A stretch of 64,000 nucleotides of DNA, from positions 36,270,001 to 36,334,000 of the forward strand of contig OZ024758.1 in assembly GCA_964016885.1 (NCBI GenBank), written 5' to 3'. The notes under the pieces were generated by a model. It was given only the letters and a program-made list of their open reading frames with translations. It was not told the origin of the DNA and made no database searches. Positions 24,701 to 39,563 of the stretch are shown here, one piece after another (position 1 is the stretch's first letter; each line of letters starts with the position of its first letter). Both the position numbers and the translations under genes were made by a program. This DNA is from Eledone cirrhosa (taxonomy: Eukaryota).

Positions 24701-27700
24701 ACTCCAATGTTGGTGAGAATTCATTTAAGTTCATGGTATTAGCTGTCAGAAGTAACTCCACTGTTGGTGAGAATTCATTTAAGTTCATGGTATTAGCTGT
24801 CAGAAGTAACTCCACTGTTGGTGAGAATTCATTTAAGTTCATGGTATTAGCTGTCAGAAGTAACTCCACTGTTGGTGAGAATTCATTTAAGTCATGGTAT
24901 TAGCTGTCAGAAGTAACTCCAATGTTGGTGAGAATTCATTTAAGTTCATGGTATTAGCTGTCAGAAGTCACTCCACTGTTGGTGAGAATTCATTTAAGTT
25001 CATGGTACTAGCTGTCAGAAGTAACCCCAATGTTGGTGAGAATTCATTTAAGTTCATGGTATTAGCTGTCAGAAGTCACTCCAATGTTGGTGAGAATTCA
25101 TTTAAGTTCATGGTATTAGCTGTCAGAAGTAACTCCACTGTTGGTGAGAATTCATTTAAGTTCATGGTATTAGCTGTCAGAAGTCACTCCAATGTTGGTG
25201 AGAATTCATTTAAGTTCATGGTATTAGCTGTCAGAAGTAACTCCACTGTTGGTGAGAATTCATTTAAGTTCATGGTATTAGCTGTCAGAAGTAACTCCAC
25301 TGTTGGTGAGAATTCATTTAAGTTCATGGTATTAGCTGTCAGAAGGAACGCCACTGTTGGTGAGAATTCATTTAAGTTCATGGTATTAGCTGTCAGAAGT
25401 AACTCCACTGTTGGTGAGAATTCATTTAAGTTCATGGTACTAGCTGTCAGAAGTAACTCCAATGTTGGTGAGAATTCATTTAAGTTCATGGTATTAGCTG
25501 TCAGAAGGAACTCCACTGTTGCTGAGAATTCATTTAAGTTCATGGTATTAGCTGTCAGAAGTAACTCCACTGTTGGTGAGAATTCATTTAAGTTCATGGT
25601 ACTAGCTGTCAGAAGTCACTCCACTGTTGGTGAGAATACATTTAAGTTCATGGTACTAGCTGTCAGAAGTAACCCCAATGTTGGTGAGAATTCATTTAAG
25701 TTCATGGTATTAGCTGTCAGAAGTCACTCCAATGTTGGTGAGAATTCATTTAAGTTCATGGTATTAGCTGTCAGAAGTAACTCCACTGTTGGTAAGAATT
25801 CATTTAAGTTCATGGTATTAGCTGTCAGAAGTAACTCCACTGTTGGTGAGAATTCATTTAAGTTCATGGTATTAGCTGTCAGAAGGAACGCCACTGTTGG
25901 TGAGAATTCATTTAAGTTCATGGTATTAGCTGTCAGAAGTAACTCCACTGTTGGTGAGAATTCATTTAAGTTCATGGTACTAGCTGTCAGAAGTAACTCC
26001 ACTGTTGGTGAGAATTCATTTAAGTTCATGGTATTAGCTGTCAGAAGTCACTCCAATGTTGGTGAGAATTCATTTAAGTTCATGGTATTAGCTGTCAGAA
26101 GTCACTCCACTGTTGGTGAGAATTCATTTAAGTTCATGGTACTAGCTGTCAGAAGTAACCCCAATGTTGGTGAGAATTCATTTAAGTTCATGGTATTAGC
26201 TGTCAGAAGTCACTCCAATGTTGGTGAGAATTCATTTAAGTTCATGGTATTAGCTGTCAGAAGTAACTCCACTGTTGGTGAGAATTCATTTAAGTTCATG
26301 GTATTAGCTGTCAGAAGTAACTCCACTGTTGGTGAGAATTCATTTAAGTTCATTCTATTAGCTGTCAGAAGTAACTCCACTGTTGGTGAGAATTCATTTA
26401 AGTCATGGTATTAGCTGTCAGAAGTAACTCCAATGTTGGTGAGAATTCATTTAAGTTCATGGTATTAGCTGTCAGAAGTCACTCCACTGTTGGTGAGAAT
26501 TCATTTAAGTTCATGGTACTAGCTGTCAGAAGTAACTCCACTGTTGGTGAGAATTCATTTAAGTTCATGGTATTAGCTGTCAGAAGTAACTCCACTGTTG
26601 GTGAGAATTCATTTAAGTTCATGGTATTAGCTGTCAGAAGTAACTCCACTGTTGGTGAGAATTCATTTAAGTTCATGGTATTAGCTGTCAGAAGGAACTC
26701 CAATGTTGGTGAGAATTCATTTAAGTCATGGTACTAGCTGTCAGAAGTAACTCCACTGTTGGTGAGAATTCATTTAAGTTCATGGTATTAGCTGTCAGAA
26801 GGAACGCCACTGTTGGTGAGAATTCATTTAAATTCATGGTATTAGCTGTCAGAAGTAACTCCACTGTTGGTGAGAATTCATTTAAGTTCATGGTACTAGC
26901 TGTCAGAAGTAACTCCAATGTTGGTGAGAATTCATTTAAGTTCATGGTATTAGCTGTCAGAAGTAACTCCACTGTTGGTGAGAATTCATTTAAGTTCATG
27001 GTATTAGCTGTCAGAAGTCACTCCAATGTTGGTGAGAATTCATTTAAGTCATGGTACTAGCTGTCAGAAGTAACTCCACTGTTGGTGAGAATTCATTTAA
27101 GTTCATTGTATTAGCTGTCAGAAGGAACGCCACTGTTGGTGAGAATTCATTTAAGTTCATGGTATTAGCTGTCAGAAGTAACTCCACTGTTGGTGAGAAT
27201 TCATTTAAGTTCATGGTACTAGCTGTCAGAAGTAACTCCAATGTTGGTGAGAATTCATTTAAGTTCATGGTATTAGCTGTCAGAAGGAACTCCACTGTTG
27301 CTGAGAATTCATTTAAGTTCATGGTATTAGCTGTCAGAAGTAACTCCACTGTTGGTGAGAATTCATTTAAGTTCATGGTACTAGCTGTCAGAAGTCACTC
27401 CACTGTTGGTGAGAATACATTTAAGTTCATGGTACTAGCTGTCAGAAGTAACCCCAATGTTGGTGAGAATTCATTTAAGTTCATGGTATTAGCTGTCAGA
27501 AGTCACTCCAATGTTGGTGAGAATTCATTTAAGTTCATGGTATTAGCTGTCAGAAGTAACTCCACTGTTGGTAAGAATTCATTTAAGTTCATGGTATTAG
27601 CTGTCAGAAGTAACTCCACTGTTGGTGAGAATTCATTTAAGTTCATGGTATTAGCTGTCAGAAGGAACGCCACTGTTGGTGAGAATTCATTTAAGTTCAT

Positions 27701-28183
27701 GGTATTAGCTGTCAGAAGTAACTCCACTGTTGGTGAGAATTCATTTAAGTTCATGGTACTAGCTGTCAGAAGTAACTCCACTGTTGGTGAGAATTCATTT
27801 AAGTTCATGGTATTAGCTGTCAGAAGTCACTCCAATGTTGGTGAGAATTCATTTAAGTTCATGGTATTAGCTGTCAGAAGTCACTCCACTGTTGGTGAGA
27901 ACTCATTTAAGTTCATGGTACTAGCTGTCAGAAGTAACCCCAATGTTGGTGAGAATTCATTTAAGTTCATGGTATTAGCTGTCAGAAGTCACTCCAATGT
28001 TGGTGAGAATTCATTTAAGTTCATGGTATTAGCTGTCAGAAGTAACTCCACTGTTGGTGAGAATTCATTTAAGTTCATGGTATTAGCTGTCAGAAGTAAC
28101 TCCACTGTTGGTGAGAATTCATTTAAGTTCATGGTATTAGCTGTCAGAAGTAACTCCACTGTTGGTGAGAATTCATTTAAGTC

Positions 28184-30535
28184 ATGGTATTAGCTGTCAG
28201 AAGTAACTCCAATGTTGGTGAGAATTCATTTAAGTTCATGGTATTAGCTGTCAGAAGTCACTCCACTGTTGGTGAGAATTCATTTAAGTTCATGGTACTA
28301 GCTGTCAGAAGTAACCCCAATGTTGGTGAGAATTCATTTAAGTTCATGGAATTAGCTGTCAGAAGTCACTCCAATGTTGGTGAGAATTCATTTAAGTTCA
28401 TGGTATTAGCTGTCAGAAGTAACTCCACTGTTGGTGAGAATTCATTTAAGTTCATGGTATTAGCTGTCAGAAGTAACTCCACTGTTGGTGAGAATTCATT
28501 TAAGTTCATGGTATTAGCTGTCAGAAGTAACTCCACTGTTGGTGAGAATTCATTTAAGTTCATGGTATTAGCTGTCAGAAGGAACTCCAATGTTGGTGAG
28601 AATTCATTTAAGTCATGGTACTAGCTGTCAGAAGTAACTCCACTGTTGGTGAGAATTCATTTAAGTTCATGGTATTAGCTGTCAGAAGGAACGCCACTGT
28701 TGGTGAGAATTCATTTAAATTCATGGTATTAGCTGTCAGAAGTAACTCCACTGTTGGTGAGAATTCATTTAAGTTCATGGTATTAGCTGTCAGAAGTCAC
28801 TCCAATGTTGGTGAGAATTCATTTAAGTTCATGGTATTAGCTGTCAGAAGTAACTCCACTGTTGGTAAGAATTCATTTAAGTTCATGGTATTAGCTGTCA
28901 GAAGTAACTCCACTGTTGGTGAGAATTCATTTAAGTTCATGGTATTAGCTGTCAGAAGGAACGCCACTGTTGGTGAGAATTCATTTAAGTTCATGGTATT
29001 AGCTCTCAGAAGTAACTCCACTGTTGGTGAGAATTCATTTAAGTTCATGGTACTAGCTGTCAGAAGTAACTCCACTGTTGGTGAGAATGCATTTAAGTTC
29101 ATGGTATTAGCTGTCAGAAGTCACTCCAATGTTGGTGAGAATTCATTTAAGTTCATGGTATTAGCTGTCAGAAGTCACTCCACTGTTGGTGAGAATTCAT
29201 TTAAGTTCATGGTACTAGCTGTCAGAAGTAACCCCAATGTTGGTGAGAATTCATTTAAGTTCATGGTATTAGCTGTCAGAAGTCACTCCAATGTTGGTGA
29301 GAATTCATTTAAGTTCATGGTATTAGCTGTCAGAAGTAACTCCACTGTTGGTGAGAATTCATTTAAGTCATGGTATTAGCTGTCAGAAGTAACTCCAATG
29401 TTGGTGAGAATTCATTTAAGTTCATGGTATTAGCTGTCAGAAGTCACTCCACTGTTGGTGAGAATTCATTTAAGTTCATGGTACTAGCTGTCAGAAGTAA
29501 CCCCAATGTTGGTGAGAATTCATTTAAGTTCATGGAATTAGCTGTCAGAAGTCACTCCAATGTTGGTGAGAATTCATTTAAGTTCATGGTATTAGCTGTC
29601 AGAAGTAACTCCACTGTTGGTGAGAATTCATTTAAGTTCATGGTATTAGCTGTCAGAAGTAACTCCACTGTTGGTGAGAATTCATTTAAGTTCATGGTAT
29701 TAGCTGTCAGAAGTAACTCCACTGTTGGTGAGAATTCATTTAAGTTCATGGTATTAGCTGTCAGAAGGAACTCCAATGTTGGTGAGAATTCATTTAAGTC
29801 ATGGTACTAGCTGTCAGAAGTAACTCCACTGTTGGTGAGAATTCATTTAAGTTCATGGTATTAGCTGTCAGAAGGAACGCCACTGTTGGTGAGAATTCAT
29901 TTAAATTCATGGTATTAGCTGTCAGAAGTAACTCCACTGTTGGTGAGAATTCATTTAAGTTCATGGTATTAGCTGTCAGAAGTCACTCCAATGTTGGTGA
30001 GAATTCATTTAAGTTCATGGTATTAGCTGTCAGAAGTAACTCCACTGTTGGTAAGAATTCATTTAAGTTCATGGTATTAGCTGTCAGAAGTAACTCCACT
30101 GTTGGTGAGAATTCATTTAAGTTCATGGTATTAGCTGTCAGAAGGAACGCCACTGTTGGTGAGAATTCATTTAAGTTCATGGTATTAGCTCTCAGAAGTA
30201 ACTCCACTGTTGGTGAGAATTCATTTAAGTTCATGGTACTAGCTGTCAGAAGTAACTCCACTGTTGGTGAGAATGCATTTAAGTTCATGGTATTAGCTGT
30301 CAGAAGTCACTCCAATGTTGGTGAGAATTCATTTAAGTTCATGGTATTAGCTGTCAGAAGTCACTCCACTGTTGGTGAGAATTCATTTAAGTTCATGGTA
30401 CTAGCTGTCAGAAGTAACCCCAATGTTGGTGAGAATTCATTTAAGTTCATGGTATTAGCTGTCAGAAGTCACTCCAATGTTGGTGAGAATTCATTTAAGT
30501 TCATGGTATTAGCTGTCAGAAGTAACTCCACTGTT
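28184..30535 (+). repeat. Recent 1186-bp direct tandem duplication within the array
   Basis: Rare variants repeat at an exact 1186 offset: GGAATT 28350/29536, GCTCTC 29005/30191, GAATGC 29089/30275. Boundaries are approximate. Confidence 0.9.
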
Positions 30536-31796
30536 GGTGTGAATTCATTTAAGTTCATGGTATTAGCTGTCAGAAGGAACGCCACTGTTGGTGAGAATTC
30601 ATTTAAGTTCATGGTATTAGCTGTCAGAAGTAACTCCACTGTTGGTGAGAATTCATTTAAGTTCATGGTACTAGCTGTCAGAAGTAACTCCACTGTTGGT
30701 GAGAATTCATTTAAGTTCATGGTATTAGCTGTCAGAAGTCACTCCAATGTTGGTGAGAATTCATTTAAGTTCATGGTATTAGCTGTCAGAAGTCACTCCA
30801 CTGTTGGTGAGAATTCATTTAAGTTCATGGTACTAGCTGTCAGAAGTAACCCCAATGTTGGTGAGAATTCATTTAAGTTCATGGTATTAGCTGTCAGAAG
30901 TCACTCCAATGTTGGTGAGAATTCATTTAAGTTCATGGTATTAGCTGTCAGAAGTCACTCCACTGTTGGTGAGAATTCATTTAAGTTCATGGTACTAGCT
31001 GTCAGAAGTAACCCCAATGTTGGTGAGAATTCATTTAAGTTCATGGTATTAGCTGTCAGAAGTCACTCCAATGTTGGTGAGAATTCATTTAAGTTCATGG
31101 TATTAGCTGTCAGAAGTAACTCCACTGTTGGTGAGAATTCATTTAAGTTCATGGTATTAGCTGTCAGAAGTAACTCCACTGTTGGTGAGAATTCATTTAA
31201 GTTCATGGTATTAGCTGTCAGAAGTAACTCCACTGTTGGTGAGAATTCATTTAAGTCATGGTATTAGCTGTCAGAAGTAACTCCAATGTTGGTGAGAATT
31301 CATTTAAGTTCATGGTATTAGCTGTCAGAAGTCACTCCACTGTTGGTGAGAATTCATTTAAGTTCATGGTACTAGCTGTCAGAAGTAACCCCAATGTTGG
31401 TGAGAATTCATTTAAGTTCATGGTATTAGCTGTCAGAAGTCACTCCAATGTTGGTGAGAATTCATTTAAGTTCATGGTATTAGCTGTCAGAAGTCACTCC
31501 ACTGTTGGTGAGAATTCATTTAAGTTCATGGTACTAGCTGTCAGAAGTAACCCCAATGTTGGTGAGAATTCATTTAAGTTCATGGTATTAGCTGTCAGAA
31601 GTCACTCCAATGTTGGTGAGAATTCATTTAAGTTCATGGTATTAGCTGTCAGAAGTAACTCCACTGTTGGTGAGAATTCATTTAAGTTCATGGTATTAGC
31701 TGTCAGAAGTAACTCCACTGTTGGTGAGAATTCATTTAAGTTCATGGTATTAGCTGTCAGAAGTAACTCCACTGTTGGTGAGAATTCATTTAAGTC

Positions 31797-33199
31797 ATGG
31801 TATTAGCTGTCAGAAGTAACTCCAATGTTGGTGAGAATTCATTTAAGTTCATGGTATTAGCTGTCAGAAGTCACTCCACTGTTGGTGAGAATTCATTTAA
31901 GTTCATGGTACTAGCTGTCAGAAGTAACCCCAATGTTGGTGAGAATTCATTTAAGTTCATGGTATTAGCTGTCAGAAGTCACTCCAATGTTGGTGAGAAT
32001 TCATTTAAGTTCATGGTATTAGCTGTCAGAAGTAACTCCACTGTTGGTGAGAATTCATTTAAGTTCATGGTATTAGCTGTCAGAAGTAACTCCACTGTTG
32101 GTGAGAATTCATTTAAGTTCATGGTATTAGCTGTCAGAAGGAACGCCACTGTTGGTGAGAATTCATTTAAGTTCATGGTATTAGCTGTCAGAAGTAACTC
32201 CACTGTTGGTGAGAATTCATTTAAGTTCATGGTACTAGCTGTCAGAAGTAACTCCAATGTTGGTGAGAATTCATTTAAGTTCATGGTATTAGCTGTCAGA
32301 AGGAACTCCACTGTTGCTGAGAATTCATTTAAGTTCATGGTATTAGCTGTCAGAAGTAACTCCACTGTTGGTGAGAATTCATTTAAGTTCATGGTACTAG
32401 CTGTCAGAAGTCACTCCACTGTTGGTGAGAATACATTTAAGTTCATGGTACTAGCTGTCAGAAGTAACCCCAATGTTGGTGAGAATTCATTTAAGTTCAT
32501 GGTATTAGCTGTCAGAAGTCACTCCAATGTTGGTGAGAATTCATTTAAGTTCATGGTATTAGCTGTCAGAAGTAACTCCACTGTTGGTAAGAATTCATTT
32601 AAGTTCATGGTATTAGCTGTCAGAAGTAACTCCACTGTTGGTGAGAATTCATTTAAGTTCATGGTATTAGCTGTCAGAAGGAACGCCACTGTTGGTGAGA
32701 ATTCATTTAAGTTCATGGTATTAGCTGTCAGAAGTAACTCCACTGTTGGTGAGAATTCATTTAAGTTCATGGTACTAGCTGTCAGAAGTAACTCCACTGT
32801 TGGTGAGAATTCATTTAAGTTCATGGTATTAGCTGTCAGAAGTCACTCCAATGTTGGTGAGAATTCATTTAAGTTCATGGTATTAGCTGTCAGAAGTCAC
32901 TCCACTGTTGGTGAGAATTCATTTAAGTTCATGGTACTAGCTGTCAGAAGTAACCCCAATGTTGGTGAGAATTCATTTAAGTTCATGGTATTAGCTGTCA
33001 GAAGTCACTCCAATGTTGGTGAGAATTCATTTAAGTTCATGGTATTAGCTGTCAGAAGTAACTCCACTGTTGGTGAGAATTCATTTAAGTTCATGGTATT
33101 AGCTGTCAGAAGTAACTCCACTGTTGGTGAGAATTCATTTAAGTTCATTCTATTAGCTGTCAGAAGTAACTCCACTGTTGGTGAGAATTCATTTAAGTC
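31797..33199 (+). repeat. 26-mer higher-order repeat unit (1403 bp), CATTCTA subtype
   Basis: Same monomer order as 4285-5687 plus a CATTCTATT variant near the end. The 470-aa translation matches that of 38161-39563. Confidence 0.9.
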
Positions 33200-36100
33200 A
33201 TGGTATTAGCTGTCAGAAGTAACTCCAATGTTGGTGAGAATTCATTTAAGTTCATGGTATTAGCTGTCAGAAGTCACTCCACTGTTGGTGAGAATTCATT
33301 TAAGTTCATGGTACTAGCTGTCAGAAGTAACCCCAATGTTGGTGAGAATTCATTTAAGTTCATGGTATTAGCTGTCAGAAGTCACTCCAATGTTGGTGAG
33401 AATTCATTTAAGTTCATGGTATTAGCTGTCAGAAGTAACTCCACTGTTGGTGAGAATTCATTTAAGTTCATGGTATTAGCTGTCAGAAGTAACTCCACTG
33501 TTGGTGAGAATTCATTTAAGTTCATGGTATTAGCTGTCAGAAGTAACTCCACTGTTGGTGAGAATTCATTTAAGTTCATGGTATTAGCTGTCAGAAGGAA
33601 CTCCAATGTTGGTGAGAATTCATTTAAGTCATGGTACTAGCTGTCAGAAGTAACTCCACTGTTGGTGAGAATTCATTTAAGTTCATGGTATTAGCTGTCA
33701 GAAGGAACGCCACTGTTGGTGAGAATTCATTTAAATTCATGGTATTAGCTGTCAGAAGTAACTCCACTGTTGGTGAGAATTCATTTAAGTTCATGGTACT
33801 AGCTGTCAGAAGTAACTCCAATGTTGGTGAGAATTCATTTAAGTTCATGGTATTAGCTGTCAGAAGTAACTCCACTGTTGGTGAGAATTCATTTAAGTTC
33901 ATGGTATTAGCTGTCAGAAGTCACTCCAATGTTGGTGAGAATTCATTTAAGTCATGGTACTAGCTGTCAGAAGTAACTCCACTGTTGGTGAGAATTCATT
34001 TAAGTTCATTGTATTAGCTGTCAGAAGGAACGCCACTGTTGGTGAGAATTCATTTAAGTTCATGGTATTAGCTGTCAGAAGTAACTCCACTGTTGGTGAG
34101 AATTCATTTAAGTTCATGGTACTAGCTGTCAGAAGTAACTCCAATGTTGGTGAGAATTCATTTAAGTTCATGGTATTAGCTGTCAGAAGGAACTCCACTG
34201 TTGCTGAGAATTCATTTAAGTTCATGGTATTAGCTGTCAGAAGTAACTCCACTGTTGGTGAGAATTCATTTAAGTTCATGGTACTAGCTGTCAGAAGTCA
34301 CTCCACTGTTGGTGAGAATACATTTAAGTTCATGGTACTAGCTGTCAGAAGTAACCCCAATGTTGGTGAGAATTCATTTAAGTTCATGGTATTAGCTGTC
34401 AGAAGTCACTCCAATGTTGGTGAGAATTCATTTAAGTTCATGGTATTAGCTGTCAGAAGTAACTCCACTGTTGGTAAGAATTCATTTAAGTTCATGGTAT
34501 TAGCTGTCAGAAGTAACTCCACTGTTGGTGAGAATTCATTTAAGTTCATGGTATTAGCTGTCAGAAGGAACGCCACTGTTGGTGAGAATTCATTTAAGTT
34601 CATGGTATTAGCTGTCAGAAGTAACTCCACTGTTGGTGAGAATTCATTTAAGTTCATGGTACTAGCTGTCAGAAGTAACTCCACTGTTGGTGAGAATTCA
34701 TTTAAGTTCATGGTATTAGCTGTCAGAAGTCACTCCAATGTTGGTGAGAATTCATTTAAGTTCATGGTATTAGCTGTCAGAAGTCACTCCACTGTTGGTG
34801 AGAACTCATTTAAGTTCATGGTACTAGCTGTCAGAAGTAACCCCAATGTTGGTGAGAATTCATTTAAGTTCATGGTATTAGCTGTCAGAAGTCACTCCAA
34901 TGTTGGTGAGAATTCATTTAAGTTCATGGTATTAGCTGTCAGAAGTAACTCCACTGTTGGTGAGAATTCATTTAAGTTCATGGTATTAGCTGTCAGAAGT
35001 AACTCCACTGTTGGTGAGAATTCATTTAAGTTCATGGTATTAGCTGTCAGAAGTAACTCCACTGTTGGTGAGAATTCATTTAAGTCATGGTATTAGCTGT
35101 CAGAAGTAACTCCAATGTTGGTGAGAATTCATTTAAGTTCATGGTATTAGCTGTCAGAAGTCACTCCACTGTTGGTGAGAATTCATTTAAGTTCATGGTA
35201 CTAGCTGTCAGAAGTAACCCCAATGTTGGTGAGAATTCATTTAAGTTCATGGAATTAGCTGTCAGAAGTCACTCCAATGTTGGTGAGAATTCATTTAAGT
35301 TCATGGTATTAGCTGTCAGAAGTAACTCCACTGTTGGTGAGAATTCATTTAAGTTCATGGTATTAGCTGTCAGAAGTAACTCCACTGTTGGTGAGAATTC
35401 ATTTAAGTTCATGGTATTAGCTGTCAGAAGTAACTCCACTGTTGGTGAGAATTCATTTAAGTTCATGGTATTAGCTGTCAGAAGGAACTCCAATGTTGGT
35501 GAGAATTCATTTAAGTCATGGTACTAGCTGTCAGAAGTAACTCCACTGTTGGTGAGAATTCATTTAAGTTCATGGTATTAGCTGTCAGAAGGAACGCCAC
35601 TGTTGGTGAGAATTCATTTAAATTCATGGTATTAGCTGTCAGAAGTAACTCCACTGTTGGTGAGAATTCATTTAAGTTCATGGTATTAGCTGTCAGAAGT
35701 CACTCCAATGTTGGTGAGAATTCATTTAAGTTCATGGTATTAGCTGTCAGAAGTAACTCCACTGTTGGTAAGAATTCATTTAAGTTCATGGTATTAGCTG
35801 TCAGAAGTAACTCCACTGTTGGTGAGAATTCATTTAAGTTCATGGTATTAGCTGTCAGAAGGAACGCCACTGTTGGTGAGAATTCATTTAAGTTCATGGT
35901 ATTAGCTGTCAGAAGTAACTCCACTGTTGGTGAGAATTCATTTAAGTTCATGGTACTAGCTGTCAGAAGTAACTCCACTGTTGGTGAGAATTCATTTAAG
36001 TTCATGGTATTAGCTGTCAGAAGTCACTCCAATGTTGGTGAGAATTCATTTAAGTTCATGGTATTAGCTGTCAGAAGTCACTCCACTGTTGGTGAGAATT

Positions 36101-38160
36101 CATTTAAGTTCATGGTACTAGCTGTCAGAAGTAACCCCAATGTTGGTGAGAATTCATTTAAGTTCATGGTATTAGCTGTCAGAAGTCACTCCAATGTTGG
36201 TGAGAATTCATTTAAGTTCATGGTATTAGCTGTCAGAAGTAACTCCACTGTTGGTGTGAATTCATTTAAGTTCATGGTATTAGCTGTCAGAAGGAACGCC
36301 ACTGTTGGTGAGAATTCATTTAAGTTCATGGTATTAGCTGTCAGAAGTAACTCCACTGTTGGTGAGAATTCATTTAAGTTCATGGTACTAGCTGTCAGAA
36401 GTAACTCCACTGTTGGTGAGAATTCATTTAAGTTCATGGTATTAGCTGTCAGAAGTCACTCCAATGTTGGTGAGAATTCATTTAAGTTCATGGTATTAGC
36501 TGTCAGAAGTCACTCCACTGTTGGTGAGAATTCATTTAAGTTCATGGTACTAGCTGTCAGAAGTAACCCCAATGTTGGTGAGAATTCATTTAAGTTCATG
36601 GTATTAGCTGTCAGAAGTCACTCCAATGTTGGTGAGAATTCATTTAAGTTCATGGTATTAGCTGTCAGAAGTCACTCCACTGTTGGTGAGAATTCATTTA
36701 AGTTCATGGTACTAGCTGTCAGAAGTAACCCCAATGTTGGTGAGAATTCATTTAAGTTCATGGTATTAGCTGTCAGAAGTCATTCCAATGTTGGTGAGAA
36801 TTCATTTAAGTCATGGTATTAGCTGTCAGAAGTAACTCCAATGTTGGTGAGAATTCATTTAAGTTCATGGTATTAGCTGTCAGAAGTCACTCCACTGTTG
36901 GTGAGAATTCATTTAAGTTCATGGTACTAGCTGTCAGAAGTAACCCCAATGTTGGTGAGAATTCATTTAAGTTCATGGTATTAGCTGTCAGAAGTCACTC
37001 CAATGTTGGTGAGAATTCATTTAAGTTCATGGTATTAGCTGTCAGAAGTCACTCCACTGTTGGTGAGAATTCATTTAAGTTCATGGTACTAGCTGTCAGA
37101 AGTAACCCCAATGTTGGTGAGAATTCATTTAAGTTCATGGTATTAGCTGTCAGAAGTCACTCCAATGTTGGTGAGAATTCATTTAAGTTCATGGTATTAG
37201 CTGTCAGAAGTAACTCCACTGTTGGTGAGAATTCATTTAAGTTCATGGTATTAGCTGTCAGAAGTAACTCCACTGTTGGTGAGAATTCATTTAAGTTCAT
37301 GGTATTAGCTGTCAGAAGTAACTCCACTGTTGGTGAGAATTCATTTAAGTCATGGTATTAGCTGTCAGAAGTAACTCCAATGTTGGTGAGAATTCATTTA
37401 AGTTCATGGTATTAGCTGTCAGAAGTCACTCCACTGTTGGTGAGAATTCATTTAAGTTCATGGTACTAGCTGTCAGAAGTAACCCCAATGTTGGTGAGAA
37501 TTCATTTAAGTTCATGGTATTAGCTGTCAGAAGTCACTCCAATGTTGGTGAGAATTCATTTAAGTTCATGGTATTAGCTGTCAGAAGTAACTCCACTGTT
37601 GGTGAGAATTCATTTAAGTTCATGGTATTAGCTGTCAGAAGTAACTCCACTGTTGGTGAGAATTCATTTAAGTTCATGGTATTAGCTGTCAGAAGTCACT
37701 CCACTGTTGGTGAGAATTCATTTAAGTTCATGGTACTAGCTGTCAGAAGTAACCCCAATGTTGGTGAGAATTCATTTAAGTTCATGGTATTAGCTGTCAG
37801 AAGTCACTCCAATGTTGGTGAGAATTCATTTAAGTTCATGGTATTAGCTGTCAGAAGTCACTCCACTGTTGGTGAGAATTCATTTAAGTTCATGGTACTA
37901 GCTGTCAGAAGTAACCCCAATGTTGGTGAGAATTCATTTAAGTTCATGGTATTAGCTGTCAGAAGTCACTCCAATGTTGGTGAGAATTCATTTAAGTTCA
38001 TGGTATTAGCTGTCAGAAGTAACTCCACTGTTGGTGAGAATTCATTTAAGTTCATGGTATTAGCTGTCAGAAGTAACTCCACTGTTGGTGAGAATTCATT
38101 TAAGTTCATGGTATTAGCTGTCAGAAGTAACTCCACTGTTGGTGAGAATTCATTTAAGTC

Positions 38161-39563
38161 ATGGTATTAGCTGTCAGAAGTAACTCCAATGTTGGTGAGA
38201 ATTCATTTAAGTTCATGGTATTAGCTGTCAGAAGTCACTCCACTGTTGGTGAGAATTCATTTAAGTTCATGGTACTAGCTGTCAGAAGTAACCCCAATGT
38301 TGGTGAGAATTCATTTAAGTTCATGGTATTAGCTGTCAGAAGTCACTCCAATGTTGGTGAGAATTCATTTAAGTTCATGGTATTAGCTGTCAGAAGTAAC
38401 TCCACTGTTGGTGAGAATTCATTTAAGTTCATGGTATTAGCTGTCAGAAGTAACTCCACTGTTGGTGAGAATTCATTTAAGTTCATGGTATTAGCTGTCA
38501 GAAGGAACGCCACTGTTGGTGAGAATTCATTTAAGTTCATGGTATTAGCTGTCAGAAGTAACTCCACTGTTGGTGAGAATTCATTTAAGTTCATGGTACT
38601 AGCTGTCAGAAGTAACTCCAATGTTGGTGAGAATTCATTTAAGTTCATGGTATTAGCTGTCAGAAGGAACTCCACTGTTGCTGAGAATTCATTTAAGTTC
38701 ATGGTATTAGCTGTCAGAAGTAACTCCACTGTTGGTGAGAATTCATTTAAGTTCATGGTACTAGCTGTCAGAAGTCACTCCACTGTTGGTGAGAATACAT
38801 TTAAGTTCATGGTACTAGCTGTCAGAAGTAACCCCAATGTTGGTGAGAATTCATTTAAGTTCATGGTATTAGCTGTCAGAAGTCACTCCAATGTTGGTGA
38901 GAATTCATTTAAGTTCATGGTATTAGCTGTCAGAAGTAACTCCACTGTTGGTAAGAATTCATTTAAGTTCATGGTATTAGCTGTCAGAAGTAACTCCACT
39001 GTTGGTGAGAATTCATTTAAGTTCATGGTATTAGCTGTCAGAAGGAACGCCACTGTTGGTGAGAATTCATTTAAGTTCATGGTATTAGCTGTCAGAAGTA
39101 ACTCCACTGTTGGTGAGAATTCATTTAAGTTCATGGTACTAGCTGTCAGAAGTAACTCCACTGTTGGTGAGAATTCATTTAAGTTCATGGTATTAGCTGT
39201 CAGAAGTCACTCCAATGTTGGTGAGAATTCATTTAAGTTCATGGTATTAGCTGTCAGAAGTCACTCCACTGTTGGTGAGAATTCATTTAAGTTCATGGTA
39301 CTAGCTGTCAGAAGTAACCCCAATGTTGGTGAGAATTCATTTAAGTTCATGGTATTAGCTGTCAGAAGTCACTCCAATGTTGGTGAGAATTCATTTAAGT
39401 TCATGGTATTAGCTGTCAGAAGTAACTCCACTGTTGGTGAGAATTCATTTAAGTTCATGGTATTAGCTGTCAGAAGTAACTCCACTGTTGGTGAGAATTC
39501 ATTTAAGTTCATTCTATTAGCTGTCAGAAGTAACTCCACTGTTGGTGAGAATTCATTTAAGTC
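38161..39563 (+). repeat. 26-mer higher-order repeat unit (1403 bp), CATTCTA subtype
   Basis: Same variant order and length as 31797-33199. Confidence 0.9.
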
